DNA of 55,264 bases from a virus. Lineage: Duplodnaviria; Caudoviricetes. How positions within the stretch are numbered: position 1 is the first letter of the stretch; each line of letters opens with the position of its first letter. Shown piece by piece: positions 1-11,023 of the stretch. The notes under the pieces are model-generated. The model did no database searches. It worked only from the letters and a program-made list of their open reading frames with translations, and was not told the DNA's origin. The stretch spans positions 1 to 55,264 of IMG/VR virus record IMGVR_UViG_3300029309_000054, one strand, 5' to 3'. A program made the translations under genes and the position numbers.

Positions 1-2
1 AA

Positions 3-50
3 AGCTACAACAGTCTTGATGACGTGGTGTGGCCGACAAAGCCGGAGTAA
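3..50 (+). CDS. 3' end of a tail-fibre assembly chaperone-like protein (partial)
   Basis: Reads SYNSLDDVVWPTKPE*; a WPxKP C-terminus is typical of tail-fibre assembly chaperones. Confidence 0.6.
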   Translation, partial: SYNSLDDVVWPTKPE

Positions 51-53
51 GCG

Positions 54-1202
54 ATGAGTAGAGCGCGTGAATTTGCAGACCTCGCCGGTTCGGCTGATGC
101 CGGTGGACTGACAGGCAGGAACCTGATTATCAACGGTGCGATGCAGGTGGCGCAGCGGGGTGCGACAGCTACTACATCAGCCGGATTTCAAAATGTTGAC
201 CGATTTAAAAGTAACTCCAGCCAAGCAACGATAACACGGTCACAAGAAACACTTTCTTCTGGCGACCCTTACGACAGTGGTTTTCGCAAATTTTATAGAC
301 TACAAGTCACTTCAGCTAGTTCTAACACTAATTCCTACGCTGAAATTCATCAGCCAATGGAAGGTCAAAACATTGTGCATTCTGGCTGGGATTACACAAG
401 CACAAGCAGCAGCATAACTCTCAGCTTTTGGGCTAGGTCTAGTTTAGCGGGTACATATTACATTATGTATCGTACTTTGGGTTCTGGTGAACGCCGTAGA
501 AATGGGGCTTTTACTCTGGCCGCAGATACGTGGACAAAAGTAACTTTTACTACAGCAGGTAATTCTGGTCTTACAATAAACAACGATAACACGAGAGAGT
601 TTGATGTGTTTATTGTTCCACATTACGGAACCGACTTTACGGGCGGAGAAGAAGTAAGCACTACAGACTGGTATGACCGCAACAGTCAAAGTGATGCGTA
701 CCTTCCTAATTTTGCACAAAACTGGACAAACACTGCGAATGCAACATTTGATGTTACCGGCGTCCAGCTTGAGGTCGGCGAACAGGCCACGCCGTTTGAG
801 CATCGGTCGTTCCATGATGAACTACGGCGATGCAAACGATACTTTGAAAGATTTGCTAAAACACTTACTAGTCTTGGTCAAGCCAGTGAAGCAAACTGCG
901 GATTGTGGTCTGGCATGTCTCGCAGTGGAAACAGCGGAAACAATCAAGGTGTGATGACCTATCAGACAAAAAGAACTAATCCAAGTATTAGTGTTTCTAG
1001 TGCAGCACACATCAACGGTGTTTTTCCTATCTCTCCTTTTGCAGCATCTTTAAGCAGCTTTGGCATCGACGGTAACGCAGGTATAGATAATTGTTTTGTA
1101 AATGCGGCCAACAATGCAAGCACCGCACCTTCGTCTGACTGTGGTTCTAGTGGGGTGATGGGTAATTCGTCTGGCACATTAGATATTGATGCGGAGTTAT
1201 AA
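54..1202 (+). CDS. Tail fibre / receptor-binding protein
   Basis: GRNLIINGAMQVAQRG, TGVQLEVGEQATPFEHR and terminal DAEL motifs typical of phage tail-fibre carbohydrate-binding-like modules. Confidence 0.8.
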   Translation: MSRAREFADLAGSADAGGLTGRNLIINGAMQVAQRGATATTSAGFQNVDRFKSNSSQATITRSQETLSSGDPYDSGFRKFYRLQVTSASSNTNSYAEIHQPMEGQNIVHSGWDYTSTSSSITLSFWARSSLAGTYYIMYRTLGSGERRRNGAFTLAADTWTKVTFTTAGNSGLTINNDNTREFDVFIVPHYGTDFTGGEEVSTTDWYDRNSQSDAYLPNFAQNWTNTANATFDVTGVQLEVGEQATPFEHRSFHDELRRCKRYFERFAKTLTSLGQASEANCGLWSGMSRSGNSGNNQGVMTYQTKRTNPSISVSSAAHINGVFPISPFAASLSSFGIDGNAGIDNCFVNAANNASTAPSSDCGSSGVMGNSSGTLDIDAEL

Positions 1203-1204
1203 AC

Positions 1205-1381
1205 ATGAACATTACAAGCGCACAGTATGTCACCTCCATATTCGACCCGAAAATTAAAAATATAAAAGCGGTCATAGACGGTAGAGAAACACACGTTCCT
1301 ACCACCCCCGGCAACCGCCACTACGATGAGATAATGAAACAGGTCGAGGCCGGTGAGTTGACAATACAGGATGCTGACTGA
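1205..1381 (+). CDS. Small tail-fibre-associated protein, 58 aa (not in ORF track)
   Basis: MNITSAQY...VPTTPGNRHYDEIMKQVEAGELTIQDAD*; stop overlaps the next ATG (TGATG). Confidence 0.75.
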   Translation: MNITSAQYVTSIFDPKIKNIKAVIDGRETHVPTTPGNRHYDEIMKQVEAGELTIQDAD

Positions 1382-2097
1382 TGTTCGGCGTTCATGGCAT
1401 ATCAGAGAGAGCTATAGCTGATCAGGGAATCCTGCTGTTCGGCACTGAATCCGTGAGCGCAAACTTCACTCAAACTACCTCGCAGAACTTTATATCTCCA
1501 GCCTCATTAGACATGATCGGCGATTCTGTATTCTCTGCATTTGCGGCTGGCACGGCGGCTGGCGTCTTCACAGTTGACGCTAATTTCACACAGTCCTCTG
1601 CCGCAAACCGTATACGTCAGACTGACGCCGACATGATCGCGCAGTTTGATCAGACCTCGACGGCACTGCTGATAGCGTCCGGTATATCCGAGCAGTCTGC
1701 TAACTTCACACAAACCACGACACAGAACTTTACTGCATCTGGCGCTTCCGAGCAGTCTGGCAACTTTACGCAGACCAGTGGCGGCAACTTGATTGCCAAG
1801 GGTCTGTCCACGCAGATAGCGGATACAATACAAACTACGCTGGCAACGCGCATACGCGAAACTGCTTTGTCTATGGACAGCACGTTCCTGCAAACCACAG
1901 CCTCTATCGCTATTTTGTCTGGTGATGCCGACATTGTCCTGAATTTCACGCAATCCACGTTGGGAGAGCTGTTGTGGGAGCCTGTCGATGCGGGGGCCAC
2001 TCAAGAAAACTGGTCTGAAATCACACACACGGGTGATTCATGGACAGAAATTACTGTTGGTGGTACAACTGAAACATGGACAGAGATGGTGAAATAA
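1381..2097 (+). CDS. Virion structural protein with ~20-aa internal repeats
   Basis: Repeated (S/D)ANFTQ(T/S) units; TCCGAGCAGTCTG at 1687 and 1747; Trp-rich C-terminus; tail module context. Confidence 0.7.
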   Translation: MFGVHGISERAIADQGILLFGTESVSANFTQTTSQNFISPASLDMIGDSVFSAFAAGTAAGVFTVDANFTQSSAANRIRQTDADMIAQFDQTSTALLIASGISEQSANFTQTTTQNFTASGASEQSGNFTQTSGGNLIAKGLSTQIADTIQTTLATRIRETALSMDSTFLQTTASIAILSGDADIVLNFTQSTLGELLWEPVDAGATQENWSEITHTGDSWTEITVGGTTETWTEMVK

Positions 2098-2841
2098 ATG
2101 GCATCCACATACACAGTCAACAGTGGTATTGAAAAACCCGGATCCGGCGAACAATCAGGTACTTGGGGTACAACCACCAACACAAACTTTGACATTATTG
2201 ATCGTGTGCTTAACGGTGTAGGAACTCTTACTCTTACAGGCACCACCACCACTCTCACTACTTCTGATGGCGCACTTTCTGATGGACATTATAAAGTTCT
2301 GGTTTTAGGCGGGTCGCCCTCTGGCACAAATACAGTAACGATTAGTCCGAATGACCAGAGCAAGATGTATTTGGTCAACAACACCACAAATCAAAGTGTG
2401 GTGTTCACACAAGGTTCCGGTGGAAATGTGACTATTCCCGCCTCTACTTCTAAATGGATTTATGCAGATGGAGCGGGGTCCGGCGCACAAGTTAGAGTTT
2501 TGCCAAACGAGGTTGTAGAGGACAGTTCTCCACAATTAGGGGGCAACCTTGACCTGAACTCTAACGACATCACCGGAACCGGAGACATCAACACCACCGG
2601 TACTCTTACCGTTACTGGCGCTATTTCATCTGGGGCTATCGGTACAGGGTCCGCTAACATCACAAGCACCGGCACTGTGCAGGGCGGTCAGTTTACCCTC
2701 GACAACTCTTCAAACGATTGGACGTTCACCGTGGCGTCAAACAAACTAATCATTAGCTACTCAGGCACAGCTAAGATGGAGCTTGATACGAGCGGCAACC
2801 TCAAGGTAACGGGTAACGTGACGGCATATGGATCGATCTAA
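2098..2841 (+). CDS. Tail structural protein
   Basis: Thr/Gly/Ser-rich; WGTTTNTN N-terminal motif; SPQLGGNLDLN fibre motif; VTAY C-terminus. Confidence 0.75.
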   Translation: MASTYTVNSGIEKPGSGEQSGTWGTTTNTNFDIIDRVLNGVGTLTLTGTTTTLTTSDGALSDGHYKVLVLGGSPSGTNTVTISPNDQSKMYLVNNTTNQSVVFTQGSGGNVTIPASTSKWIYADGAGSGAQVRVLPNEVVEDSSPQLGGNLDLNSNDITGTGDINTTGTLTVTGAISSGAIGTGSANITSTGTVQGGQFTLDNSSNDWTFTVASNKLIISYSGTAKMELDTSGNLKVTGNVTAYGSI

Positions 2842-3896
2842 TGGGCGCATTACAAAGCTCTGGGACCATATCATTAAGTGACATCCGCGCAGAGTTTGTT
2901 GGCGGAAGCTCGTCAATATCTCTGCAAGACCTTTTGAAAGGTTCTGCTGGTGGCAACTCAATAGTCAGGGCTAAAGCCTCTAACAATGCAGGCACGGATT
3001 TAGCACCTAATGTTCCGTCGTCTGGTGCAATATCATTCAGCAACTTCTACGGCGCTGAACGAGCGTTTGCCTACGTTTACTCGTCTAGTCAAAACAATCA
3101 GAGCGCCAGCAGCAATGTGTTTGGTGACGATTACGCTGGAAACTATAAAAAACGCATAACTGTCAATAACGGCGTAACACTAAGCACGACGGGTTTGCTC
3201 AACACTGCCTTGGATTACCCCTCAAATGCCGGTGGCGAACTCGAACTTATAAACAATGGCACGATTAATGCGAATGGGTCTAAAGGCGTAGACAACAACA
3301 GCAGCCTTACTATTACTGTAACAGGTAACGGCACCTTCACAGCGGGTACAAGAGATGATTTTGTTTCTGCGCTGCAAAGCGACGGCTCCGTGCAGATAAA
3401 TTATATTGGTGGCTTTGGTGGCGCATCTGGTTCAGATATACGGCACTCTGACTATGGGGGTAGCGGGTTTAATTCCAAGCTGACCCGCAGTGGAAATACT
3501 TTTAACCTTTCTTGGACGTACAATGAGGTTGACTATTACAATGCCGGATCAGGCAGCGTAGACATCACTTCTATATTCCCGATGAGTGGAAGTAATTACA
3601 ATTACACAACCACAAGCGCACAAAACAACAACAATCAAGTTTATGCTCATGGTCGTGACAATCGTTCTGTAGCTGTCGGCAGAGAAGTTGTAAGTGGGAC
3701 CATGTACTATTGGTTTGGGTCCAACAATAAGGTGACATCTATGGAAGTAGCTAATGACCGCTACATTCAGTATGGACACACTCAAACAACGCTTACTACA
3801 GGAAACTCTCAACGTAGCAGTGTCATTCAATCGGTGAACGGCACACGCCGTGAGGGGAACTTTAACACTTCTGGTTTTTCAGGGACGGATAACTAA
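2841..3896 (+). CDS. Tail fibre / tail-tip protein
   Basis: LQSSGTISLSDI...PSSGAISFSNFYG N-terminal module; S/N/G-rich; translationally coupled to neighbours. Confidence 0.7.
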   Translation: MGALQSSGTISLSDIRAEFVGGSSSISLQDLLKGSAGGNSIVRAKASNNAGTDLAPNVPSSGAISFSNFYGAERAFAYVYSSSQNNQSASSNVFGDDYAGNYKKRITVNNGVTLSTTGLLNTALDYPSNAGGELELINNGTINANGSKGVDNNSSLTITVTGNGTFTAGTRDDFVSALQSDGSVQINYIGGFGGASGSDIRHSDYGGSGFNSKLTRSGNTFNLSWTYNEVDYYNAGSGSVDITSIFPMSGSNYNYTTTSAQNNNNQVYAHGRDNRSVAVGREVVSGTMYYWFGSNNKVTSMEVANDRYIQYGHTQTTLTTGNSQRSSVIQSVNGTRREGNFNTSGFSGTDN

Positions 3897-5773
3897 TGCC
3901 TCTGACCAAGCTGCAATTCAGACCCGGTGTAAACCAAGAAATTACCTCGTATTCTAACGAAGGTGGTTGGCGCGACTGCGACAAGATTAGGTTCCGTTTC
4001 GGATACCCAGAGAAGCTTGGTGGATGGGAAAAGTACACGTCTACCACCTATCTTGGTTCGGCTCGTGCGTTGCATAACTGGATTGCACTTGACGGATCAA
4101 ACTATCTTGGCATCGGCACACACCTGAAATATTACATCGAAGAAGGTGGCGGTATGAACGACATTACGCCCCTTCGTTTAACGACGGGTGCGGGTGATGT
4201 AACCTTTGCCGCCTCAAATGGCAGCACCACTGTCACGGTGACTGACGCTTCGCACGGTGCGTTTGAAAATGACTTTGTCACCTTTTCTGGAGCAGCTTCA
4301 CTAGGCGGGAACATTACAGCAGCGGTGCTGAACGCGGAGCATCAGGTTGTGAGTGTCCCTGATGCAAACACATACACCATCGTTGTAGGCGCTACCGCTA
4401 ATTCATCCGACTCAGGCAACGGTGGCGGCAGCACTGTCGGGGCATATCAAATAAACGTAGGTCTAGATACAACAGTTGGCGGCACCGGCTGGAGTGCAGG
4501 CACATATGGCCGTGATGGTTGGGGGGACGCGGCATCTGGAGGGTTGACAACTACAAATCAAATTCGTTTGTGGTCGCACGACAACTTTGGCGAGGATTTA
4601 CTTATCAACCCTCGTGACGGTGGCATTTATTATTGGGACAGGACAAACAATCTATCTACTCGTGCTGTAGAGGTATCCACGCGGTCAGGTACAAGGACCA
4701 GTATTCCAACAATCGCCAAACAAGTACTTGTGTCTGATCAAGATCGTCATGTTATCGCATTTGGTTGTGATGGTTTAAATTCAAGTTCATCTGCTAATCA
4801 AGGCAATGGCACACAAGATCCACTTTTGATTAGATTCTCCGATCAAGAAGATCCACTCGTTTGGTTTCCGGCAGTTACGAATACGGCGGGTGATTTGCGG
4901 CTGGGTGCTGGATCAACTTTCGTACAAGCTGTAGAAACCAAGCGTGAAATTCTGGTATGGACAGATACTGCTCTTAACTCCATGCGCTTTATCGGCCCTC
5001 CGTTTACCTTTGGCTTGCAGCAACTTGCTTCCAACATCACGATTATGGGACCGAATTCGGCGGTAGCTACAGAAGACGTTGTATACTGGATGGGTATAGA
5101 TAACTTTTATGTCTATGCCGGTCAGACTCAACAGCTTCCTTGCACGGTAAAAGACAAAGTATTTTTAGATTTTAATTTGGAACAGGCCGACAAAGTTGTG
5201 TCTGGCGTCAACTCTGAGTTTTCAGAGGTGTTCTGGTTTTACCCGTCCGCAAGCAGCAGCGATAATGATAAATATGTCGTGTACAATTATGGCGAAAAGG
5301 TTTGGTATTTTGGTTCTCTGTCTAGGACGGCGTGGATAGATCGGGGTGTTCGTACTTATCCAATAGCGGCGGCGAACTCATATATCTACAACCACGAGTT
5401 CGGCTACGATGATGACGGCTCTGCAATGAACTCTTTTATTGAGTCCGCCGCTATCGACATTGGCGATGGCGACAAGTTCACATACATCCGTCGCGTCGTG
5501 CCAGACCTAACCTTTAACGGATCTACAAATCTTAGTAGTCCACAGGCCACGTTTACTGTCAAATCGAGGAACTTTCCCGGCGCAGACTTTGGGAACACGG
5601 CGGCAGGCATAGCTACAAGAACAGCATCATCCCCTGTGGAAACCTTCACAGAGCAGTTACATCTCCGCAGTCGTGGTCGGTCCTTTGCTCTTCGCATAGA
5701 ATCCGCAGCGGTTGGGGCAAAATGGAAACTGGGTAGTCCTCGGATTGATATTCGTGAAGATGGGCGCAGATAA
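3896..5773 (+). CDS. Tail hub / DNA-stabilisation (nozzle-like) protein
   Basis: 625 aa, beta-rich with propeller-like segments (LIRFSDQED, VYWMG, VFWFYP); lies just before the ejection-protein genes as in podoviruses. Confidence 0.65.
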   Translation: MPLTKLQFRPGVNQEITSYSNEGGWRDCDKIRFRFGYPEKLGGWEKYTSTTYLGSARALHNWIALDGSNYLGIGTHLKYYIEEGGGMNDITPLRLTTGAGDVTFAASNGSTTVTVTDASHGAFENDFVTFSGAASLGGNITAAVLNAEHQVVSVPDANTYTIVVGATANSSDSGNGGGSTVGAYQINVGLDTTVGGTGWSAGTYGRDGWGDAASGGLTTTNQIRLWSHDNFGEDLLINPRDGGIYYWDRTNNLSTRAVEVSTRSGTRTSIPTIAKQVLVSDQDRHVIAFGCDGLNSSSSANQGNGTQDPLLIRFSDQEDPLVWFPAVTNTAGDLRLGAGSTFVQAVETKREILVWTDTALNSMRFIGPPFTFGLQQLASNITIMGPNSAVATEDVVYWMGIDNFYVYAGQTQQLPCTVKDKVFLDFNLEQADKVVSGVNSEFSEVFWFYPSASSSDNDKYVVYNYGEKVWYFGSLSRTAWIDRGVRTYPIAAANSYIYNHEFGYDDDGSAMNSFIESAAIDIGDGDKFTYIRRVVPDLTFNGSTNLSSPQATFTVKSRNFPGADFGNTAAGIATRTASSPVETFTEQLHLRSRGRSFALRIESAAVGAKWKLGSPRIDIREDGRR

Positions 5774-6003
5774 TGGCACAGATTCAGATACCACCGCCCA
5801 GATTACCAGAACCTCCGGTTGAATATACACAGCAATATTTGGCAGACTTGGTACGAGCGTTGGAGATTTTTATAGCTCAAGAAAGAACGCCCGGAGAAAT
5901 ACGAGGTACAAAGATTACGCTGACGGACCTACCAACAAGCGCATCTGGGTTAGAGACAGGTGCCTTGTTTAATGATAGTGGAACAGTGAAGATTGTTACT
6001 TAA
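5773..6003 (+). CDS. Small virion protein
   Basis: Coupled to the previous gene; LPTSASGLETGALFNDSGTVKI motif. Confidence 0.7.
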   Translation: MAQIQIPPPRLPEPPVEYTQQYLADLVRALEIFIAQERTPGEIRGTKITLTDLPTSASGLETGALFNDSGTVKIVT

Positions 6004-6027
6004 TAGAAAGTAAGGTAAGATTCGGCC

Positions 6028-7470
6028 ATGGGACAATCTGTTCAAAAAGAAGACATGCTCAGCGTACCGTCAGGCGGTATCGCTGATTTTTACATGTCTG
6101 ACGAAGATCTCGCTGTAATCGAACAGGAAGAGGCGCAAAAAGCCTTTGGTTCTGAAGGGGTTGCAGCCTTTGACACTGTCGCCAAGAAGATGGCCTCTTA
6201 CGGTCGTTTTGGCGATGACCGGATTGTTCACGTAGAAAGCGGCGAGATTGTTGTACCGCGAGCCTTGATCGAGCAAAGCCCTGAACTGAAGGAGTCTATC
6301 TTCTCACACCTACGGGAGCAGGGTGTAGAGGACCCCGAGCGGTATGTCGTGGGCTCTTCAGCTAACAGCCTGAACCCTGAGACGGGCCTGCCTGAGTTCT
6401 TTTTGAGCAAGCTTGTTAAAAAAGTGGGGAAGGTTTTGAAGAAAGCCGCCCCGGTGATCTTGCCCATAGCACTGTCCATGACGCCTCTCGGACCTATATA
6501 TGGAGCGGCGTTGGGCTCAGGCATTGGCACTTTGATGCAGGGCGGAGATATCGAGGACGCCCTAAAGAATGCCGTTATCGCAGGCGGCACGGGTGCGGTG
6601 TTCTCTGGAGTGAGTAGTGCCGCAAAACCGGGCGGTACTTTTATGGGCGGCATACGAGCAGATCTCGCGAACCCCGGCGCTCGGTTCTCGCAACTGGGTC
6701 AGGGCATAACGGGCGAACAAAACTTCTTCCGCAAATTTGATGCTTCTGGGGTTCCAGTATCAACGGCTGATGTTCAGGCAAGTGTCAATCAGCCGATCAC
6801 ATCCGATTCAACGACAGGAATGCCGGATATAGATATTACTGAGAGCATGTTCGATACCACTAGGGGGCAACAAATCACAGAACCTTCGTTCTTTAAACGC
6901 ACCGCAGATTTCATCATGCCGGACAATGTCACCACGACGGACGCTCTCAAGCAAATGGGTGTAGATCCTGCCGCAGCTACAGAGACTCAATTTAAGCTTG
7001 CTCAAGAGATGGCAGCAGAACAATCTCCGGGCTTTCTTCGTCGCTACGGCCCAAGTTTAGCCCTTGCGGGCCTTGCCGCGGGATCGGCAGGCTTCTTTGA
7101 CACCCCCGAGGAGGACGAGCCTGAGTTCATAACCGGCGCGGACCTGCTGGCGCAAGATCGAGACAAGTATGCGCTTCCCGACGAGCAAATTCAGTACGTA
7201 GCGCCGTACAACCCCTTCGTCCCGCAGCGTCCCGTGATGCAAGCGGCAGAGGGAGGAGTAGCGGATGTATTCCCGCGGCGCACAGGCGGTATTATGCCTG
7301 ACGAGGGCATTGCCGGTGAAGACAGCGTCAGGGCCATGCTCATGCCGGGTGAGTTTGTGATGACAACCGATGCCGTCAAGGGCCTTGGCAACGGCGATAA
7401 TGATCAAGGTATACGCAAAATGTACGATATGATGCGGGGCCTTGAAGCTAAAGGAAGGGCTATGGCGTAA
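6028..7470 (+). CDS. Putative internal virion / ejection protein
   Basis: Gly/Ala-rich hydrophobic stretches; NPETGLPEFF and DSVRAMLMPGEFV motifs; AAEGGV tag. Confidence 0.65.
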   Translation: MGQSVQKEDMLSVPSGGIADFYMSDEDLAVIEQEEAQKAFGSEGVAAFDTVAKKMASYGRFGDDRIVHVESGEIVVPRALIEQSPELKESIFSHLREQGVEDPERYVVGSSANSLNPETGLPEFFLSKLVKKVGKVLKKAAPVILPIALSMTPLGPIYGAALGSGIGTLMQGGDIEDALKNAVIAGGTGAVFSGVSSAAKPGGTFMGGIRADLANPGARFSQLGQGITGEQNFFRKFDASGVPVSTADVQASVNQPITSDSTTGMPDIDITESMFDTTRGQQITEPSFFKRTADFIMPDNVTTTDALKQMGVDPAAATETQFKLAQEMAAEQSPGFLRRYGPSLALAGLAAGSAGFFDTPEEDEPEFITGADLLAQDRDKYALPDEQIQYVAPYNPFVPQRPVMQAAEGGVADVFPRRTGGIMPDEGIAGEDSVRAMLMPGEFVMTTDAVKGLGNGDNDQGIRKMYDMMRGLEAKGRAMA

Positions 7471-8387
7471 TGGCTACCGATACCAGTGTACAAATAGTCC
7501 GAGAAGCTCCTGAAATAGAAGCCTATAAACTAGGGCTTCTTGAACAGGCTAAAAAGCTCGCTGCACAGAAAATAAATTTGCCGCAATACCAAGTTGCGGG
7601 CTTTGGTGATCTTCAAGACAAAGCTTTTGAACTCGCAGATGCCGGAATCGGTGGATATCAGCCGTTTTTAGATGCTGGTCAAAGCGCCATAACTGGTGGC
7701 CTTGGGCGCGTTACAGGCGCGCAGCCTATGCTTCAGGGTGCGGCTCGTCGTGTCACGGGTGACGAAGTCTCTCAATATATGAATCCGTTTCAAGACGCGA
7801 TTCAGGCAGAAATTAACCGCGCCTTTGACAAAAGCAAAGCGGAGCAAGGCTTACAAGCCGTGCAGCAGGGCGGAGGGGCCGCGGCCTTCGGAGCTCGTGG
7901 TGACTTGCTTCGTGGAGAGGTTGAGGGTGGTAGAGCAGACGCCTTGGCTCGCGCTGCTGCTGAAAACTATATGAATGCTGCGGGCATGGCTGAGCGTCAG
8001 TTGGAGCGCGAGCGCGGTATCGCCGATCAGATGGGCATCATGGGTCTTCGTCAGGCGCAGTTGGGGCAAAACCTTGCTAGCCTCGGGCAGCTCGGCACCG
8101 GCTTAGCCCGGGAAGAGGCTGGGTTCTTGTTTGATCTTGGTGAGCGGGACCGTGCACAACGTCAGGCGGGTATTGATGCCGTGCGTCAAACACAGCTACA
8201 ACAACTGTATGAGCCGTATCAGCGGTATGGCTTCTTGTCAGATATCTTCAAGGGCGCTCCGTCTTCGCAACAGACGCTTCTGCAAGCAGCATCACCGGCT
8301 GTATCGCCCTTCCAACAGTTTGCCGGTCTGGGTATTGCCGGTCTTTCCGCAGCAGCGGGCGCACAGAAAGCGGGGCTTTTCGGATGA
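7470..8387 (+). CDS. Putative DNA ejection (pilot-like) protein
   Basis: Gln/Ala/Gly-rich helical protein; YMNPFQ and AFGARG motifs; hydrophobic Gly-rich C-terminus. Confidence 0.65.
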   Translation: MATDTSVQIVREAPEIEAYKLGLLEQAKKLAAQKINLPQYQVAGFGDLQDKAFELADAGIGGYQPFLDAGQSAITGGLGRVTGAQPMLQGAARRVTGDEVSQYMNPFQDAIQAEINRAFDKSKAEQGLQAVQQGGGAAAFGARGDLLRGEVEGGRADALARAAAENYMNAAGMAERQLERERGIADQMGIMGLRQAQLGQNLASLGQLGTGLAREEAGFLFDLGERDRAQRQAGIDAVRQTQLQQLYEPYQRYGFLSDIFKGAPSSQQTLLQAASPAVSPFQQFAGLGIAGLSAAAGAQKAGLFG

Positions 8388-11023
8388 TGAATCGAGGTGT
8401 ACTAAGTCGCCAGATGTTCGCCAAGGGCGGCGCGGCGTTCCCGGATCTTAACAAGGACGGCGAGGTCACACAGGCCGACATCCTGATGGGCCGTGGTGTA
8501 GAGTTCAAGCAAGAGGGCGGCATTGCTGGCATGATGCAGCCCCCGGCACCGGCACCGGAACAGCTTGACCCGCAGGCTGTTGAGCAGATGATGATGGCTG
8601 CAAGCCAAACCACGGGTGATCTTGAGGGTGCTCAAGACTTTGAACAGATGATGAACATGGTTCGTGGTGATGACGCTACCATGAGTGAGCGCCGCGAGGA
8701 GCTGGCCGGTGTGGTTGGCCCAGAAGACGCCATGCAGACCCCTGAGTCAGTTCTGGCCCTTGTGCAGCCGGTCATGCAGATCGCTGCTGTAGATCAGGGT
8801 ATTGGTGAGTTGGCGCAGCAGGAGATGCAGCAGCCAATGCAGGGACCAATGGCGCAGGGCATCATGGAAAATGTTGCGCCGCCCGCGGCCCCCGCACCTG
8901 TTCCAATGGGAGGGCCCCCGCCCGTAAATTTTAAGGATGGCGGGCTGGTCCGCCGAGGCGACAACCAGCCGGTTCAAAAGTTTCAAAATGCCGGGGTGGT
9001 TTTGCCCAACGCGCCAACTGTCGGCACGTTAGAACAAGCGTATGAAAAACGTCTGCCCCTATACAAGGGTATTTTGGGAGATCCGACGGCTCAGTTAGAA
9101 GAGCAAAAGAAGCTTACACAAGCGCAGATGTATTTCGATCTTGCTAACACCGCCCTAGCGTTTGCTGCACCCATGCAGGGTGAGCGCCCGGGTATGAGCC
9201 CCGCAGAGCGTCTAGCTAGGGCCGCCCAAGAGACGAAGTTACTGCCCACCATAGGTGCTCGTGCACAACAACAGCTTGACAGAAAACAGGCCGCAACCGC
9301 TGCTGAACAAAAGATGAAGCTCGGAGCTTTGACCGCAGCGGAAGCTGACATAACGGCGCAGGCGAAAGCGAGGGCTGCATTTGACAAAGAGCGACTGTCC
9401 GGCGCTCAAAGAATTGCAGAGTTAGGGGTAAAGGACGCTTTGGACACAAAAAGGGATCTAACGCTACAAGCAGATCTGTTTGAGAAAAAAGACAACCTAC
9501 AAAATAGCAAGTTTGCTTTGCAGGCAGAGCTTGACACCGCTAGTGATGCTCGAAGACTTGAAATAGAAACTGAATTAAAACAAATTGATCTTCAAAATGA
9601 CAAGATCATTGAACAAATCCGCGCAGATAATAAACAAGCTCTTCAAGCCACAATCGCGGATCAGCAGCAGCAACTTGCTATTTTGAAAAACGACATAAAG
9701 TTCCAAAGTGATACAGATTTGCAGGCATCTGCTGCCAAAATTAATGAAAATCTAGCTGTCCTAAAATCAAACCTGCGGATTGCCGAGTTGGGTGTAGCTA
9801 ACGAGTTTGACCTTGAGAAACTAGACAAGGCTCACGAGCAGGCTACTGAGCTAAACAACACAAATAACGCGCTGAAAGCAAAGCTTTCTGGTCTGGATAG
9901 AGAGCTTAACGAGCGCCGTCTGAGACTAGAGACGATCAAAGCAGAGGTCACAAGAGCGCAAGGTCAGGAAAAGATTGATCTTCAACGGCAGGCGCAAGAG
10001 ATGCAGGCCGAGATGAATGCCTTTGAGCAGTCGTACAAGACGGAAAAACTGGATCTGGAAAAAGCTGCGTCTCGTCTTACTCAGTTTGGCAGCAGTGTGG
10101 ACGGTCGCATCATGGGTATGCTTACCGGCACAGGTGCGTTTCAAGAGGGCGAAACCTCGGCTCAACTCGCAGCACGTTATGCTGGCGGTCAAACCTCGGA
10201 TCAAGAAGATATTGCGCTTAATCAAGCGATTGACTATTTCGTGTCGCCGAAGAGTGTTTGGAACGCGGAACAAGGTGCTTTCGTCAGCGTAGAGGGCAAC
10301 CGTCTCGCCGAAGAGTGGCGCAAAGCTGTTGATCAAAGAAAAGGCTCTAACCTATCTGTTCCCACTCTGGGAGCCGCACCTGCTGCGGATGCCACCACGG
10401 TTGTAACAGCAGAAACTCCCGCAGCCGGAACAGCAGTTCTTGAATCACTTAACGCCACGGCTGGAGATTTACCAAGCGTCAACAACTTAGGTGAACCCAC
10501 AGATATTTCGCAAACCACATACGACTCTATCATTGCCAGCATAGACCCGACACTGGCTACCGGTGCTCCCAGTGCCTTTAAACAAGGCTTGAACCGCACT
10601 GTAGAAACACTTCTGCCTGTGTTTGGTCAGCCGTTCCCAGAGACCTCTAGGGCAGTGACTTTGCTGAGCAACTTGAACACCACTACATCCGCAGCTATTT
10701 TAGCAGCCCAACCCGGCAAAGAAGCCGAGCCTTTCAGGCAGGAAATTAAGGGAATTTTCCCGACGGCGGCTGCTTGGACTAGAGGTGATGAGACCTCCTA
10801 CAATCAAATTGAGGCAACCATAGCGTATCTGAATAAAGAAATAGCTACTTTAGCGGCGGAAGAACGAGGGCCCGTAAATCCAGCTAGAAAGGCTCAAATA
10901 GGCGCAGGAATATCTTCACTTCTTACAGTTCGTGATGCGTATTCCGCATTAGGCCGCGGGTATGAAAGTCGGCAGGGCGCGGGGTCTGGCGAAAAACCAC
11001 CTATTGAAAGTTTCTTTAACTAG
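8387..11023 (+). CDS. Coiled-coil internal virion / ejection protein
   Basis: ~878 aa with a long coiled coil; N-terminal FAKGG, QEGG and FKDGG tags; EF-hand-like DLNKDGEVT. Confidence 0.7.
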   Translation: MNRGVLSRQMFAKGGAAFPDLNKDGEVTQADILMGRGVEFKQEGGIAGMMQPPAPAPEQLDPQAVEQMMMAASQTTGDLEGAQDFEQMMNMVRGDDATMSERREELAGVVGPEDAMQTPESVLALVQPVMQIAAVDQGIGELAQQEMQQPMQGPMAQGIMENVAPPAAPAPVPMGGPPPVNFKDGGLVRRGDNQPVQKFQNAGVVLPNAPTVGTLEQAYEKRLPLYKGILGDPTAQLEEQKKLTQAQMYFDLANTALAFAAPMQGERPGMSPAERLARAAQETKLLPTIGARAQQQLDRKQAATAAEQKMKLGALTAAEADITAQAKARAAFDKERLSGAQRIAELGVKDALDTKRDLTLQADLFEKKDNLQNSKFALQAELDTASDARRLEIETELKQIDLQNDKIIEQIRADNKQALQATIADQQQQLAILKNDIKFQSDTDLQASAAKINENLAVLKSNLRIAELGVANEFDLEKLDKAHEQATELNNTNNALKAKLSGLDRELNERRLRLETIKAEVTRAQGQEKIDLQRQAQEMQAEMNAFEQSYKTEKLDLEKAASRLTQFGSSVDGRIMGMLTGTGAFQEGETSAQLAARYAGGQTSDQEDIALNQAIDYFVSPKSVWNAEQGAFVSVEGNRLAEEWRKAVDQRKGSNLSVPTLGAAPAADATTVVTAETPAAGTAVLESLNATAGDLPSVNNLGEPTDISQTTYDSIIASIDPTLATGAPSAFKQGLNRTVETLLPVFGQPFPETSRAVTLLSNLNTTTSAAILAAQPGKEAEPFRQEIKGIFPTAAAWTRGDETSYNQIEATIAYLNKEIATLAAEERGPVNPARKAQIGAGISSLLTVRDAYSALGRGYESRQGAGSGEKPPIESFFN

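Noticed and set aside
54-3896. Possible diversity-generating retroelement acting on tail fibres
   Set aside because: No reverse transcriptase and no template/variable repeat pair was seen.
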